Source: Thermodesulfobacteriota bacterium
GTDB lineage: Bacteria; Desulfobacterota; Desulfarculia; JACQYL01
Direction: 5' to 3'
Length of the DNA: 64,000 nt
Assembly (NCBI GenBank): GCA_963675595.2
Contig: CAXXLZ010000003.1
Span: 32,001-96,000 of the forward strand
Made by a program: the position numbers and the translations under genes. Below are positions 9,772 through 20,077 of this stretch, one piece after another. Within the stretch, counting starts at the first letter, position 1. The number at the start of each line of letters is the position of its first letter. Below the pieces are notes generated by a model. It saw nothing but the letters and a program-made list of their open reading frames with translations. It was not told the origin of the DNA and searched no databases.

Positions 9772-11436
9772 CTAGTTTTGATGGTCCGTCAAGACCAGGC
9801 GAATCGATCCGATGTCGTTACTCAATCCCTTGTTATCGTACACCCGGACCCGAAGGGTGGTGGCTCCCGGCTTGAGATCGGACGTGTCCGCCAACCGGAA
9901 GTTGAACCCCGACGTCCAGCACTTGGGGTACTGGTAGGAATCGCAACCCGGAGCGGCGCATACGTCCGCTCTCGCTATGCCCAAGCTGTTGGTGGTGTCG
10001 TTGGAATTGTAGGAGTTGAGCGTCCCGATCTTCAGTGTATCGAGATAGAATTCGATCTTGGCCACGCTGGGCCGTACCGTCTTGGCGACTTCCGGATCAT
10101 ATGGATCGTCGGGATTCAGGGGGTCCCCGTCGAACCGATCCGCCAAAGCCCATCCGGAAACCTCCAACGCGTCCCTTCCGAGGACGACGATCTGGTCGGC
10201 GGGCGGGTATTCCACGACGCCTTTGGGCAACTGCACATTGCGAACGGTGAGGGCCTTGGAAGCGAGGACCGTGGTCTGGCCGTTGGTGTCCATGGCCACA
10301 TATTGGACGTCATGAGTGCCCAAGGTGATGTCGTCGCTTCGGTAAATCTTCTCCCAGGCGGCGTCTGCGCAGTCGGGGTAACAGATGATGTCGCAGATGT
10401 CCTCGCGGTGCATCCGAAGCCCGTCCACAAAGGAGAAGAACACTCCGTCAAGATAGATTCCCACGTTGTCCACGGTGCAGTCGGAGAGCGCCCAACCGGA
10501 AGTGGAGAAGTATCGGGCCTTGCTGATCACCTGGCCGGTCAATGGAACGTCCGCACTCCCAAAGGGCGGGAAGGGGTCGCAGGTGCAGTCCACCCTCACG
10601 GTGAGGCCGTTCCCCACGGGGTGCATGGTGTCGTGAGTCGCGGGCAACGGTGTTTCATTGCCCAGTTTGTCCACCGCGACGGCGTAAATCTTGTTGGCCG
10701 GAGCCACGCAATCCGAGGACACATGCATGTCGAAGGTCCAACCGGAGTACTGGCACAGCGGGTCCACAAAGCCGCCGTAGATGCCGCACAGGTCGGGACG
10801 TGATTGACTCAGACGGGCGTCGCCCAGGTAATCGTCGTTGAAGTAGATTTTGACTTTTTCCAGTCCGAGCCCCGCGAGAGACCATCCTCTGATCTGGCAG
10901 TCCTCGCCGCAACGGATGCGATGAGGGGCGTCGATGGCGCCGAAAGGCCTGGGAACCAGGAATCGGATGGTGCCGATGACATTGGAGCGGCCCGAGTCGT
11001 CGTAAGCGACCGCTTTCAAGGTGTGCCACCCGATGTTGAAGCCGGTGACGTCGATGACCGTTTTCCAGCCCGTGATGTCCGAAATCCCTTTCGGTGAACT
11101 CACCGGGCATTCACCGCGGCAATCGGGATAATTCTCTCTGCAGAAGTACGTGCAAACGTCGTAGCGTGGTTCGGTGAGAAAGATGTCACCCGTGCAGTCG
11201 GCCAGATCGATGTCGTCCACGAACAGCTTGATGCGGTTAATACAAATCGACGACAATGCCCAGCCCGAAACGAGAACGTCTTTGGGGTTGATGGCGACAT
11301 AACCGTCCACCGGGGATTCCATAACGCCGAAGGGCTCGGTCCCTCCTTCATTGACACAGTTGCCGGCCATGGAAGCAGGTATAGTCATCACAGCGGATAG
11401 CAACATAACGACTACCACCCCAAAAACTCTTTTCAT
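9772..11436 (-). CDS. Secreted Cys-rich four-repeat Ig-like protein (paralog 3)
   Basis: Start MKRVFGVVVVMLL with AAGGAGG RBS; same repeat architecture as paralogs 1 and 2. Confidence 0.85.
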   Translation of the reverse strand: MKRVFGVVVVMLLSAVMTIPASMAGNCVNEGGTEPFGVMESPVDGYVAINPKDVLVSGWALSSICINRIKLFVDDIDLADCTGDIFLTEPRYDVCTYFCRENYPDCRGECPVSSPKGISDITGWKTVIDVTGFNIGWHTLKAVAYDDSGRSNVIGTIRFLVPRPFGAIDAPHRIRCGEDCQIRGWSLAGLGLEKVKIYFNDDYLGDARLSQSRPDLCGIYGGFVDPLCQYSGWTFDMHVSSDCVAPANKIYAVAVDKLGNETPLPATHDTMHPVGNGLTVRVDCTCDPFPPFGSADVPLTGQVISKARYFSTSGWALSDCTVDNVGIYLDGVFFSFVDGLRMHREDICDIICYPDCADAAWEKIYRSDDITLGTHDVQYVAMDTNGQTTVLASKALTVRNVQLPKGVVEYPPADQIVVLGRDALEVSGWALADRFDGDPLNPDDPYDPEVAKTVRPSVAKIEFYLDTLKIGTLNSYNSNDTTNSLGIARADVCAAPGCDSYQYPKCWTSGFNFRLADTSDLKPGATTLRVRVYDNKGLSNDIGSIRLVLTDHQN

Positions 11437-11627
11437 TATCATCCTCCTTGTGCGCGGCGACTCTATGGTATCAAACGACCCTACGGCATTACGCGGGTTC
11501 TCGGGCATGACAATCGGGTTCCCTTGGGAAAAAATTCCATTTATTCCAGGTCCGCGTCGGAAGGTCCGAAACCGGAAACTTCCTCTCCCGACGTCAAGAT
11601 CAAGGGCGAACCTCCGCTAAGGGCGCT

Positions 11628-11657
11628 AAAATAATATGATTACGACGTATGTGTCAA
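11628..11657 (-). promoter_or_regulatory. Putative sigma70 promoter for the Cys-rich protein cluster
   Basis: TTGACA followed by an AT-rich TATTAT/TATTTT -10-like element; spacing is non-ideal. Confidence 0.35.
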
Positions 11658-11840
11658 TCCAAATTCCGCTTTCTTCCTATGGTTTCGATCGTTGAAACAA
11701 AGCCTTCAATCTTTTCGGCGAATGTGTGAAGTTTCCCCGCGGTCCACGCCCGAACCGGCGCTTCGACGATTCCTCGGGATCGTTTCGGATTCCACGAGGG
11801 CTTGAACAACCTTTCGACTCATGTCATTTCTGTCGAATAT

Positions 11841-11951
11841 CTGAAAACGCGATTTGCGGCGTTGCGTTTCCTCCCTCGTCCATGCGATGCAATGCGTATC
11901 GCCCACTTCATGGCAATCGGGAGCGCTGAATGTCGCCCTGCTTCACGGGCC
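11841..11951 (+). repeat. Dispersed repeat family A, copy 2 (degenerate)
   Basis: AAAACGCGATTTGCGGCGTTGCGTTTCCTCCCTCGTC core. Confidence 0.6.
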
Positions 11952-12001
11952 TTCTATGGTGAGTTTTTTCGGCTATCTATCTCTATCGGCGGTTTTGTCC
12001 A

Positions 12002-12859
12002 ATGGTTGATACCCTTTGCCATCCGGGAGACGATAAGACGTGCTTCCGGTGCTGTCCCCCGATTCGGGTTCCGGACTATGATCACCTCGACCATCGGAGC
12101 TTCATTTCAAGGGAACTTCGCGAAAACACGCAGGAATTTCATCTTAAGGGACCGCGTTTCAAACCGATACGGGGGTTCACCTGCTGGGCGTTGGGATACC
12201 TGGACCCGAAGCGTCGTAAAATCGGCTGTCTGCTTCATCCCTTTCTGAACGGAGGAGAAGACCTGCGTCATCTCATCGATTACGGAGAGAAATGCCGAAT
12301 CGCCACCTGCCGGGAAGCAAAAGTCTTCGTTCAATTGTCCCCGGAGCATCGGACCTTCTACTATTCTTTGTGCCGAGGAATGGATTCCTTCCAGTACTCG
12401 AGTCCCAAGGCGAATCCCCTGTTCACCCTGCTGCAATGGGGCTCGCCGCTGCTTGGGGAGATCGCGGACCTCGAGGGGCACGCCTCCCAAGCGCACGCCG
12501 TGCTCCATCGCTATCCCTTTCTACGGATTTCAGGACCCACAGGCAGGCGATATCTCGCCGAACGGAGGGCTGCGGATTCGGGAGCGGCGGCTTTGCGCGG
12601 AGAGGACTTCTCGCGACGACTCGAAGCCTTCACGGCATGGGCCGCCGCACGGATTTCGTTTCCAAGCGAGGTATCCAGTGAAGCTTCGCATACGCATCGG
12701 CTTGGAATCGACCGTGCTTTCGCCGACTTCCTGCGGCTGGAATGCGGTCTGAAAAGATTGGATTTGGACACGGCTGTGGAGCTCAAAGACCGGGTGGACG
12801 AACAGATCGATTTCTTTTTCTCCCGGAACGGTCGTGGAGCAGGGGAGTCGGACTCGTGA
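12002..12859 (+). CDS. Hypothetical protein with Cys-rich N-terminus (possible metal/Fe-S binding)
   Basis: 285-aa ORF; C-x7-CxxCC, CWALG, GCLLHP and CxxxxC motifs; stop overlaps next GTG. Confidence 0.7.
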   Translation: MVDTLCHPGDDKTCFRCCPPIRVPDYDHLDHRSFISRELRENTQEFHLKGPRFKPIRGFTCWALGYLDPKRRKIGCLLHPFLNGGEDLRHLIDYGEKCRIATCREAKVFVQLSPEHRTFYYSLCRGMDSFQYSSPKANPLFTLLQWGSPLLGEIADLEGHASQAHAVLHRYPFLRISGPTGRRYLAERRAADSGAAALRGEDFSRRLEAFTAWAAARISFPSEVSSEASHTHRLGIDRAFADFLRLECGLKRLDLDTAVELKDRVDEQIDFFFSRNGRGAGESDS

Positions 12860-13725
12860 TCCTTTCCCTTCATCCCATCATTGAAGCCGACCGAAACGTG
12901 ATCATTGCGGGGCGGAACCCCAGAAGACAGGAAATCGGTTGGATGCGGAACGCGCGGGCGATTATCCTGCCTCAGGGAGTCACCGAAAAAGTCTATCGTA
13001 TCGCCGCGCAATCCTGCGCCCACGTGTTTCCCGATTACGAAGCCCGATTCCGATACCCCGGAAAAGTCGGTTTTGCTCGGCTCTGCGGGGAAAAAGGATT
13101 GCCGCATCCAAGAACACGGGTGTTTTCCAACGTCGACGAGGCAAGGAAGATCGACGCCCAGCGTAGGTTCCCCCTGGTCATGAAAAGTGATTCGGGCGGG
13201 GAAGGGCATGGGGTCTATCCGGTTCGGAACAGCGAAGAACTGAAACGGGCTCTCCGGGAACTGGAACTCATGGAGCGGGGAGGCTGGACCGGCCTGGTGG
13301 AACAGGAATTCATCGAGAGCGGCGGTCGCGACCTGCGGGTCGTAGTGATGGGAAACCAGACTTTCGCCTACTGGCGGAAAGCGGCCGACTCCGATGATTT
13401 CAAACATCATTTAGGGAGCGGCGGGATCCTCGATTTGGAGAGCGATCCGGAACTGAGGCGAAAAGGCATCGCACTCGTGGAACGCGCCTGTGCATTAACC
13501 GGAATCAACCTGGCGGGTTTCGATGTTCTTTTTCGGAACGGGAACGAAGAACCGCTGCTGCTCGAGGTCAATTACTTCTTCGGCAGGAGAGGACTCGGGG
13601 GCTCGGAATCTTTCTATAACCTTCTCAGGAAGGCGGTGGACCAATGGGTCGCCGGGCTCTTCAGGGCTTCCGCCGAAGGGACGCCGGAAGCGCGAGGAGG
13701 GATCGAGCAAGGAGAAAGCCGATGA
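12856..13725 (+). CDS. RimK-like ATP-grasp protein
   Basis: FPLVMK..GGEGHGV, QEFI...GRDLRVVV, AGFD and LEVN motifs. Confidence 0.85.
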   Translation: MILSLHPIIEADRNVIIAGRNPRRQEIGWMRNARAIILPQGVTEKVYRIAAQSCAHVFPDYEARFRYPGKVGFARLCGEKGLPHPRTRVFSNVDEARKIDAQRRFPLVMKSDSGGEGHGVYPVRNSEELKRALRELELMERGGWTGLVEQEFIESGGRDLRVVVMGNQTFAYWRKAADSDDFKHHLGSGGILDLESDPELRRKGIALVERACALTGINLAGFDVLFRNGNEEPLLLEVNYFFGRRGLGGSESFYNLLRKAVDQWVAGLFRASAEGTPEARGGIEQGESR

Positions 13726-14204
13726 AAATCGGAGTGATATCAGACACGCATCTCAGGAAGTCCGACGCCGGACTGAAGAAACTCATGGACACCCTGTTTT
13801 CGGACGCGGAGCTGATTCTTCATGCCGGAGACATCGTGGAACCGGAAGTGCTCGAAACTTTTTCGGGCAAGGAGTTGGTCGCGGTGCACGGCAACATGGA
13901 TATCGCGGAGATCAAGAAGGGCCTTCCGGACAAGCGACTGCTGACCGTGGGACGATTCAAGATCGGACTGACCCATGGATGGGGGGCTCCCATGGGCATC
14001 GAAAAGAAGGTCCGGAGCGTCTTCGACGACGTGGACGCCATTGTGTTCGGCCATACCCACAAACCCTGCAACCGGATCATCGACGGCGTGCTGTTCTTCA
14101 ATCCCGGCGCCTACAGCGGGGGCATGTTCAGGGGCGGCGCCGGCAGCGTGGGCGTGTTGACCGTGGAGGATTCCATCACGGGCGAGCATTTTCGCGTGAG
14201 TTGA
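13722..14204 (+). CDS. YfcE/MJ0936-family metallophosphoesterase
   Basis: SDTH, HAGD, GNMD, GHTH and NPG motifs; ATGA overlap with upstream gene. Confidence 0.92.
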   Translation: MKIGVISDTHLRKSDAGLKKLMDTLFSDAELILHAGDIVEPEVLETFSGKELVAVHGNMDIAEIKKGLPDKRLLTVGRFKIGLTHGWGAPMGIEKKVRSVFDDVDAIVFGHTHKPCNRIIDGVLFFNPGAYSGGMFRGGAGSVGVLTVEDSITGEHFRVS

Positions 14205-14244
14205 CCGCGACAAACGCGGTACGCGCTTTTCTTCCGGGGCTCCG

Positions 14245-14625
14245 TCAGGGCACACGAGCCGCCTGAAGCGCGTTTTCCACCGCCTGCATAATGGCTCGGG
14301 AGCTTCCCGTGGCCCCGCTCACCGCGTCCACTCGAGTGGATTGGGACGCCACGATCCGTTCGCGAATCGCGGGGTCCGCCGCGCCGCCCAGCATGTGCCT
14401 GTGGCGAAGCAGCTCGATGCGAGTGATCCTCCCTTCCTCCAGGACCACCTCCACCGCCGCGGACACGGGTCCCACCTGAGATTCTCCTTGATACACACCG
14501 TCCCTCAGATGTGCCGGGTTCAGAGGACCCAGGTTCGGCTCGGGCCGAGATGCGGCGCAACCCAGAACCCCGCAGAAGGCCACTAGAATCATCCACTGGT
14601 TCAGACGGTTCATTCGACGAATCAT
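14245..14625 (-). CDS. FMN-binding domain lipoprotein
   Basis: Lipobox VLGC; DGVYQGES and VDAVSGAT flavinylation motif. Confidence 0.85.
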   Translation of the reverse strand: MIRRMNRLNQWMILVAFCGVLGCAASRPEPNLGPLNPAHLRDGVYQGESQVGPVSAAVEVVLEEGRITRIELLRHRHMLGGAADPAIRERIVASQSTRVDAVSGATGSSRAIMQAVENALQAARVP

Positions 14626-14701
14626 GGTCGGGCACCTCTCATGTGATCGAGGATGCAAAACGGACGCGTTTCAAGATTCGAGAGCATCGGAAACCGATGG
14701 G

Positions 14702-14869
14702 TCATTTTCGTTTTCGGGTGTATTCCAGTCCGTAGGCCATGGCCAGGAGAAGACAGCCCAGCACGATCACCGGGGTCCAGGTCTGGGTTCCGAAAAAGAA
14801 CCTGAGCATCAGGTAGCTGAACAGGAAACTCAGTGCGGCTCGGAGGACCAGTTTGACGGGCGAATCCAT
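14702..14869 (-). CDS. Small two-helix membrane protein
   Basis: 55 aa, two hydrophobic helices, basic C-terminal tail; downstream of ruvB. Confidence 0.6.
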   Translation of the reverse strand: MDSPVKLVLRAALSFLFSYLMLRFFFGTQTWTPVIVLGCLLLAMAYGLEYTRKRK

Positions 14870-15048
14870 GGAACGGTTTTCCTTTCGGTCTGTATGGGCG
14901 GCCGCGATGGGGCGGCGTGATTCACTGGAACAAAGTGGATGGACGGGACGTCCGGTTTGTTTGCTCCGCTTTGCAATGGACGGCGGGCGCCTTTTCACGC
15001 ACGCCGATTCCGGGGGCCGTGCGGGGCTTGACGGCCGATGCCTCGCGG

Positions 15049-16071
15049 CTACAACGGTTCTTTGCGGTTCGCTCGGTGCATCCGGAAGCCCAGATGCTCG
15101 AAGGCCCGGCGGGTAGCCACGCGTCCTCTGGGAGTGCGCTTCAGAAAGCCGATCTGAATCAGAAAAGGTTCGTACACGTCCTCGATGGTATCCTTTTCCT
15201 CCCCGATGGCCGCGGCCATGGTGTCGATTCCGAGAGGCCCCCCGTCGAATTTTTCGATGATGGTCAAAAGGACCCTACGGTCCATTTTGTCCAGGCCCAG
15301 GTGGTCCACTTCCAGCATTCGAAGGGCTTCATCCGCCACGGTGCGCGTGATGACGCCGTCGGCCCGGACCTGGGCGTAATCGCGAACTCTCCGGAGCAAG
15401 CGGTTGGCCACCCTCGGCGTGCCGCGACTGCGCATTGCGATTTCCCGCGCTCCGTCGGGTTCCACCGGCACTCCTAGAATCCGGGCCGCTCGTGTGACGA
15501 TTCGTTCCAGCTCTCCCGCGGCGTAGAACTCCAGGTGGAGAACCATGCCGAAACGATCGCGCAGCGGCGGAGTGAGCAGGCCGGCGCGGGTCGTGGCTCC
15601 CACCAGAGTGAAGGGCGGCAGGTCCAGCTTGATGGATCGGGCGCCGGGGCCTTGACCGATCATGATGTCGAGTTGGAAGTCCTCCATGGCCGGGTAGAGG
15701 ATTTCTTCGATCACTCGGGACAACCGGTGGATTTCATCGATGAAGAGAACGTCTCTGGGTTCGAGGTTGGTGAGGATGGCCGCGAGGTCGCCGGCGCGCT
15801 CCAGCACCGGTCCGCTGGTGGCCCGGATGTTGACGTTCAATTCCTTGGAGATCACTTGGGCCAGGGTGGTCTTCCCGAGTCCCGGGTGTCCGTGAAACAA
15901 GACGTGATCCAAAGCCTCGGCCCGTTGCAGGGCGGCTCGGATACAGATGCCGAGATTCTCCTTGAGGTCTTCCTGGCCCACGTATTCGGCGAGGGAAGTC
16001 GGCCGCAGTCCCGCTTCAACCCGCTCTTCTTCCGGTTCGGGCAATGGGTCGAGAATCCCTCGTTCGGGCAT
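15049..16071 (-). CDS. ruvB: Holliday junction branch migration helicase RuvB
   Basis: LRP...[28 protein letters not shown] and SRGTPR motifs. Confidence 0.98.
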   Translation of the reverse strand: MPERGILDPLPEPEEERVEAGLRPTSLAEYVGQEDLKENLGICIRAALQRAEALDHVLFHGHPGLGKTTLAQVISKELNVNIRATSGPVLERAGDLAAILTNLEPRDVLFIDEIHRLSRVIEEILYPAMEDFQLDIMIGQGPGARSIKLDLPPFTLVGATTRAGLLTPPLRDRFGMVLHLEFYAAGELERIVTRAARILGVPVEPDGAREIAMRSRGTPRVANRLLRRVRDYAQVRADGVITRTVADEALRMLEVDHLGLDKMDRRVLLTIIEKFDGGPLGIDTMAAAIGEEKDTIEDVYEPFLIQIGFLKRTPRGRVATRRAFEHLGFRMHRANRKEPL

Positions 16072-16082
16072 GGATGAATCCC

Positions 16083-16682
16083 TCATCGGTCAAGGAAACG
16101 CAGAGTCCGGCGCAGGAGTTCTTCCACCTTCGCGCCGTCTCCCAGTTCATCGGCCGTTCGTCGGACTTCGGCTTCCACCAGGTTCCGTTTGTATCCCAGG
16201 TTCTCCAACGCCTGCAGGGCGTCTTCCACCAGACCGGAAGAAGCGGGCGCCGCAGGTCCGGCCGAAGCGCGCGCCGGGGTCTTGCGCATGCGTTCGGAAA
16301 GCTCCACCACGATTCGCTCGGCCGTTTTCTTTCCCACGCCGGGAATGGCCTTCAGGCGCGAGACATTGGCGTCACGGATCGCCGCGTGCAATTCTTCTTC
16401 CGGAATCCTCGACAGCACGTTCATGGCCAGTTTACAGCCGATGCCGCTTACCCCGATCAGGTGCAGAAAGAGTTCCTTTTCGAGCGGGGACGAGAACCCG
16501 TACAGGTGGATGGCGTCGTCGCGCAAGTGCGTATAGGTATTCAGAAACACTTCGACATTGACGTCGGGCAATCCGGCCAAAGTCTGTAGGGACACCCACA
16601 CCCGGTACCCCACCCCTTGGACGTTGATAATGACGTGATCCGGAGCTTTGAGGGCGAGAATTCCCTGGAGGGAGGCGATCAT
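16083..16682 (-). CDS. ruvA: Holliday junction branch migration protein RuvA
   Basis: [30 protein letters not shown] and ALENLGY motifs. Confidence 0.97.
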   Translation of the reverse strand: MIASLQGILALKAPDHVIINVQGVGYRVWVSLQTLAGLPDVNVEVFLNTYTHLRDDAIHLYGFSSPLEKELFLHLIGVSGIGCKLAMNVLSRIPEEELHAAIRDANVSRLKAIPGVGKKTAERIVVELSERMRKTPARASAGPAAPASSGLVEDALQALENLGYKRNLVEAEVRRTADELGDGAKVEELLRRTLRFLDR

Positions 16683-17182
16683 GGTCTCCAACCCACGAGA
16701 CGTCCCCCCGACGGAGGAGCCGCATTCAGCAAGTGGCAGATCCCCACGGCGATGGCGTCCGCCGCGTCCTTGGATCGGCGGGCATGATTTCCCAACAAGG
16801 TGGCCACCATGAGTTGCACCTGTTCTTTGGTAGCCTGACCATAACCAACGACGGATTTTTTGATTTCCAGGGGGCTGTATTCAAAAACGGGCAAATCCGC
16901 GACCGCAGCCGAAAGAAGGACCACCCCGCGTGTTTGCCCAAGTTTCAAAGCGCTCTGAGGGTTTCGAGCGAAAAACACGGTTTCCACCGCGACCTGATCC
17001 GGCTGAGTCTCTTGAATGGTTTGGTTCAAGCGGTTGAAGATTTCCTTGAGCCTCAGACTCATACTCAGGCCGGCCCGCTGTCGGATGGTGCCGTCGGCCA
17101 CCAGGCGCAGGCGTTGGCCCACCTGGTCCACCACTCCGAAGCCGGTGGCCTGAGAACCGGGGTCTACGCCCAAAACCCTCAT
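16679..17182 (-). CDS. ruvC: Crossover junction endodeoxyribonuclease RuvC
   Basis: LGVDPG, VGYGQATKEQVQ and DAADAIA motifs. Confidence 0.97.
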   Translation of the reverse strand: MRVLGVDPGSQATGFGVVDQVGQRLRLVADGTIRQRAGLSMSLRLKEIFNRLNQTIQETQPDQVAVETVFFARNPQSALKLGQTRGVVLLSAAVADLPVFEYSPLEIKKSVVGYGQATKEQVQLMVATLLGNHARRSKDAADAIAVGICHLLNAAPPSGGRLVGWRP

Positions 17183-17929
17183 TCAGTCCATTGACTCCAT
17201 AATTTCGTCCGAAATGTCGAAGTTGGCATATACGTTCTGAACGTCGTCGCAGTCTTCCAGCACGTCCATGAGTTTCAGCATCTTCACCGCGTCGTCCCGG
17301 TCCAACGAGATCGTGTTCTGGGGAATCATGGAGATTTCCGCCGCGTCGACTTCCACGTCGGCTTCTTCCAACGCTTGCTTGACGGATTCCATATCCTCCA
17401 TGGCGGTGATCACTTCGAATTCCGTCCCGTCTTCTCTAACGTCCTCCGCACCGGCCTCAAGGGCGATTTCCATCAGCGCGTCCTCGGAAATCTTGTCTCC
17501 GGCCACGGAGATGAGCCCTTTCCGGTCGAACATCCAGGCCACGGACCCGGCTTCACCCAGGCTGCGGCCGTATTTGCTGAACAGGTGCCTGACTTCGGCC
17601 ACCGTGCGATTGCGGTTGTCGGTAAGGCTTTCCACCAGGATGGCGACCCCGGCCGGGCCGTAGCCTTCCAGGATGACGTCCTCGTAGGTCGTTCCTTCGA
17701 GTTCCCCGGTACCCTTCTTGATGCCCCGATCGATGTTGTCTTTGGGCATGTTCGCGGCCTTGGCCGCGGCCACGGCCTGTCGAAGACGGGGATTGGCTTC
17801 GATGTCGCCGCCGCCCAGCCTCGCGGCAACGGTGATTTCCTTGATCAATTTGGTGAAAATCTTACCGCGTTTGGCGTCCGCCGCACCCTTTTTGTGCTTG
17901 ATCGTGCTCCACTTTGAATGACCCGACAT
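17183..17929 (-). CDS. yebC: YebC/PmpR-family protein
   Basis: [15 protein letters not shown]-terminus; EGYGP and DDVQNVYAN motifs. Confidence 0.97.
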   Translation of the reverse strand: MSGHSKWSTIKHKKGAADAKRGKIFTKLIKEITVAARLGGGDIEANPRLRQAVAAAKAANMPKDNIDRGIKKGTGELEGTTYEDVILEGYGPAGVAILVESLTDNRNRTVAEVRHLFSKYGRSLGEAGSVAWMFDRKGLISVAGDKISEDALMEIALEAGAEDVREDGTEFEVITAMEDMESVKQALEEADVEVDAAEISMIPQNTISLDRDDAVKMLKLMDVLEDCDDVQNVYANFDISDEIMESMD

Positions 17930-17941
17930 TTCGATCTCTCC

Positions 17942-18550
17942 TCATCCGGATAGTCTATCGATTCCAACCACAAACGTTTCCCTGCTCTGCTTTCTGGAGG
18001 AGGGAGGTTTATAGACTCGGGTCAGGCCGAAAGCGGTTCTTACTTCTTTCAAAAACAATTCGAATTCTCCGCTCTGGAATATCTTGCAGAAAAACTTGCC
18101 CCCGGGTTTGAGCAACTCCATGGCCGTGTCCAGCGCGCACTTGGCCAGATTGTACGAACGCACCCCGTCCACGAACCGATCGCCCATGGTATCGGGAGCC
18201 ATGTCGCTCATGACGACGTCGAAACCGGGACATGCGGAACGGATCGTGTCCAGGCTCAAGGAGAACACATCGCCCTCGATGAAGAAAAGACCGCTCGGGA
18301 TGCGTTCGGGCCGGTTCCTGTCCACTCCGACGAGTCGTCCCTTCCGGCCGATGCGTTGCGAGGCATACTGCGACCAGGATCCGGGATTACATCCCAAGTC
18401 CAGCACCGCATCACCTGATCGGAACAGTCCGTACTTCTCGTCGGCGCTTTGCAGTTTGAATACCGAACGCGCCGCATATCCGGCTTTTCCGGCTTGCCTG
18501 GAGTAATATTCTTTGGGGCCTCTTTCCACCATAATATACGACTTTTCCAT
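17942..18550 (-). CDS. rlmE: 23S rRNA Um2552 methyltransferase RlmE (start may be ATG at 18532)
   Basis: RSVFKL, LDLGCNPGSW, SDMAP and KP.SSR.QSRE motifs. Confidence 0.93.
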   Translation of the reverse strand: MEKSYIMVERGPKEYYSRQAGKAGYAARSVFKLQSADEKYGLFRSGDAVLDLGCNPGSWSQYASQRIGRKGRLVGVDRNRPERIPSGLFFIEGDVFSLSLDTIRSACPGFDVVMSDMAPDTMGDRFVDGVRSYNLAKCALDTAMELLKPGGKFFCKIFQSGEFELFLKEVRTAFGLTRVYKPPSSRKQSRETFVVGIDRLSG

Positions 18551-18864
18551 TATAACGGCGGTAAGGAAAAGTCAATTCAAAGGGGGCAGGGTTCCCGCGC
18601 GGGGACCTCCCATGTTCCAAGGTGCGCCCGCTCGTACACCCACCGTACGCATTCACGGGGGAAACTCGTCTATTGTAGGGGCAGGCCACAGTGCCTGCCC
18701 AAAAGACGGCCGAAGGCCCACCTTTTCCCCTGTATCCTCCCGTGCCGACGGTCCCCCGTTGACACCGTGAACGCGCACCATCCTCCTGCTCGTACACTCT
18801 CCTTGACAAACGGCCGGCCTACTCGGAAGATAAGCAAAACACCTCTGCAACGCGAGCAACGACT

Positions 18865-20025
18865 TTGTATCGAACCGCTCTGCCTTTTACCGACAGGTAC
18901 CTCCGGTTTGACTACGGTCCCTCCCATCCCTTCAAAGTGTCCCGGCTCACCCCGGTGCACCGCTTGATGGAGGCCTACGGGCTGCTGTCGCTCGAGGGAT
19001 GCCTGTACCCCGAAGTTCACCAAGCGACGCCGGAAGAGCTGATGCTCTTTCACGACGCCGATTACGTGCGACTGATCGAAGCGGCCGGACGGGGCGAGAA
19101 AATGCCGGAACTGCGCGCCCATGGGATCGGGGCGGGGGACAATCCCGTCTTTCCGGGACTGTACGAGTGGGTGAGACTCACTACGGGCGCCACGATTCTC
19201 TGCGCGAACCTGCTTCTCGAAGAACGTTGCCGCATCGCGTTCAATGTGGCCGGCGGATTCCATCACGCGTTTCGAAGCGAAGCGTCGGGATTCTGCTACG
19301 TGAACGACGTGGCGGTGGGCATTCTGCTGCTTCGGCAACGCGGGCTTCGGGTGATGTACGTGGACGTGGACGCGCATCACGCCGACGGGGTTCAGTCGGC
19401 TTTTTACCGTGATCCGGAAGTGCTCACGGTGTGCGTTCATCAGGACGGCGCGACCCTGTTCCCGGGGACGGGGGCGTTGTCGGAAATGGGCGAGGGCGAT
19501 GGGTACGGTTTTTCGGTCAACGTGCCTTTGATGCCCCACACGGACGATGCCGCGTATACGGGGGCGTTCCGGAACCTGGTGCCTCCGCTGGCCGACCTGT
19601 ACCGTCCCGACGTGCTGGTGAGCCAGCTCGGGGTGGATACGTTTCGTACGGACGACCTGGCGGCCCTGGACCTGACCACCAACGGGTTCTGCGAGGTGAT
19701 CGCCGTGCTCAAGTCTTTGGACAAACCCTGGCTCGCCCTGGGAGGCGGAGGCTACCGCACTTCCAACGTGGCCCGGGCGTGGACCCTGGCTTGGGCCATG
19801 ATGAACGACGTGGAATTGCCCGACGAGATTCCCGAGGCGGTGCTTCCGCTCCTGGAATCCGACGGGGAGTTCCCGCGCCTGCTGAGAGACGCGCCCTTCA
19901 AAGGAGAGAGCCGGGCGCACGAAGAAGCGCGCGCCCACGCGGAGGAGACCGTGGAAACCATTCGGCGGGTGCTGTTTCCGGTCATTGCCGCCAAGCCTCG
20001 CCCGCGAACTTCCCAAACCGGGTGA
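18865..20025 (+). CDS. acuC: Histone-deacetylase family protein (AcuC-like)
   Basis: HPF, GGFHHA, GFCYVND, DVDAHHADG, FPGTG and GGGGY motifs; TTG start. Confidence 0.88.
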   Translation: MYRTALPFTDRYLRFDYGPSHPFKVSRLTPVHRLMEAYGLLSLEGCLYPEVHQATPEELMLFHDADYVRLIEAAGRGEKMPELRAHGIGAGDNPVFPGLYEWVRLTTGATILCANLLLEERCRIAFNVAGGFHHAFRSEASGFCYVNDVAVGILLLRQRGLRVMYVDVDAHHADGVQSAFYRDPEVLTVCVHQDGATLFPGTGALSEMGEGDGYGFSVNVPLMPHTDDAAYTGAFRNLVPPLADLYRPDVLVSQLGVDTFRTDDLAALDLTTNGFCEVIAVLKSLDKPWLALGGGGYRTSNVARAWTLAWAMMNDVELPDEIPEAVLPLLESDGEFPRLLRDAPFKGESRAHEEARAHAEETVETIRRVLFPVIAAKPRPRTSQTG

Positions 20026-20077
20026 GTCGCCCGGATTTCCCTGAACCCCCCTATTTGATTGCATATTGGAAAGGCAC

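Noticed and set aside
11520-11630. c-di-GMP riboswitch upstream of the secreted repeat proteins
   Set aside because: The GEMM consensus (GGCAAAC...GAAA...GACGCAAAGC) is not present.
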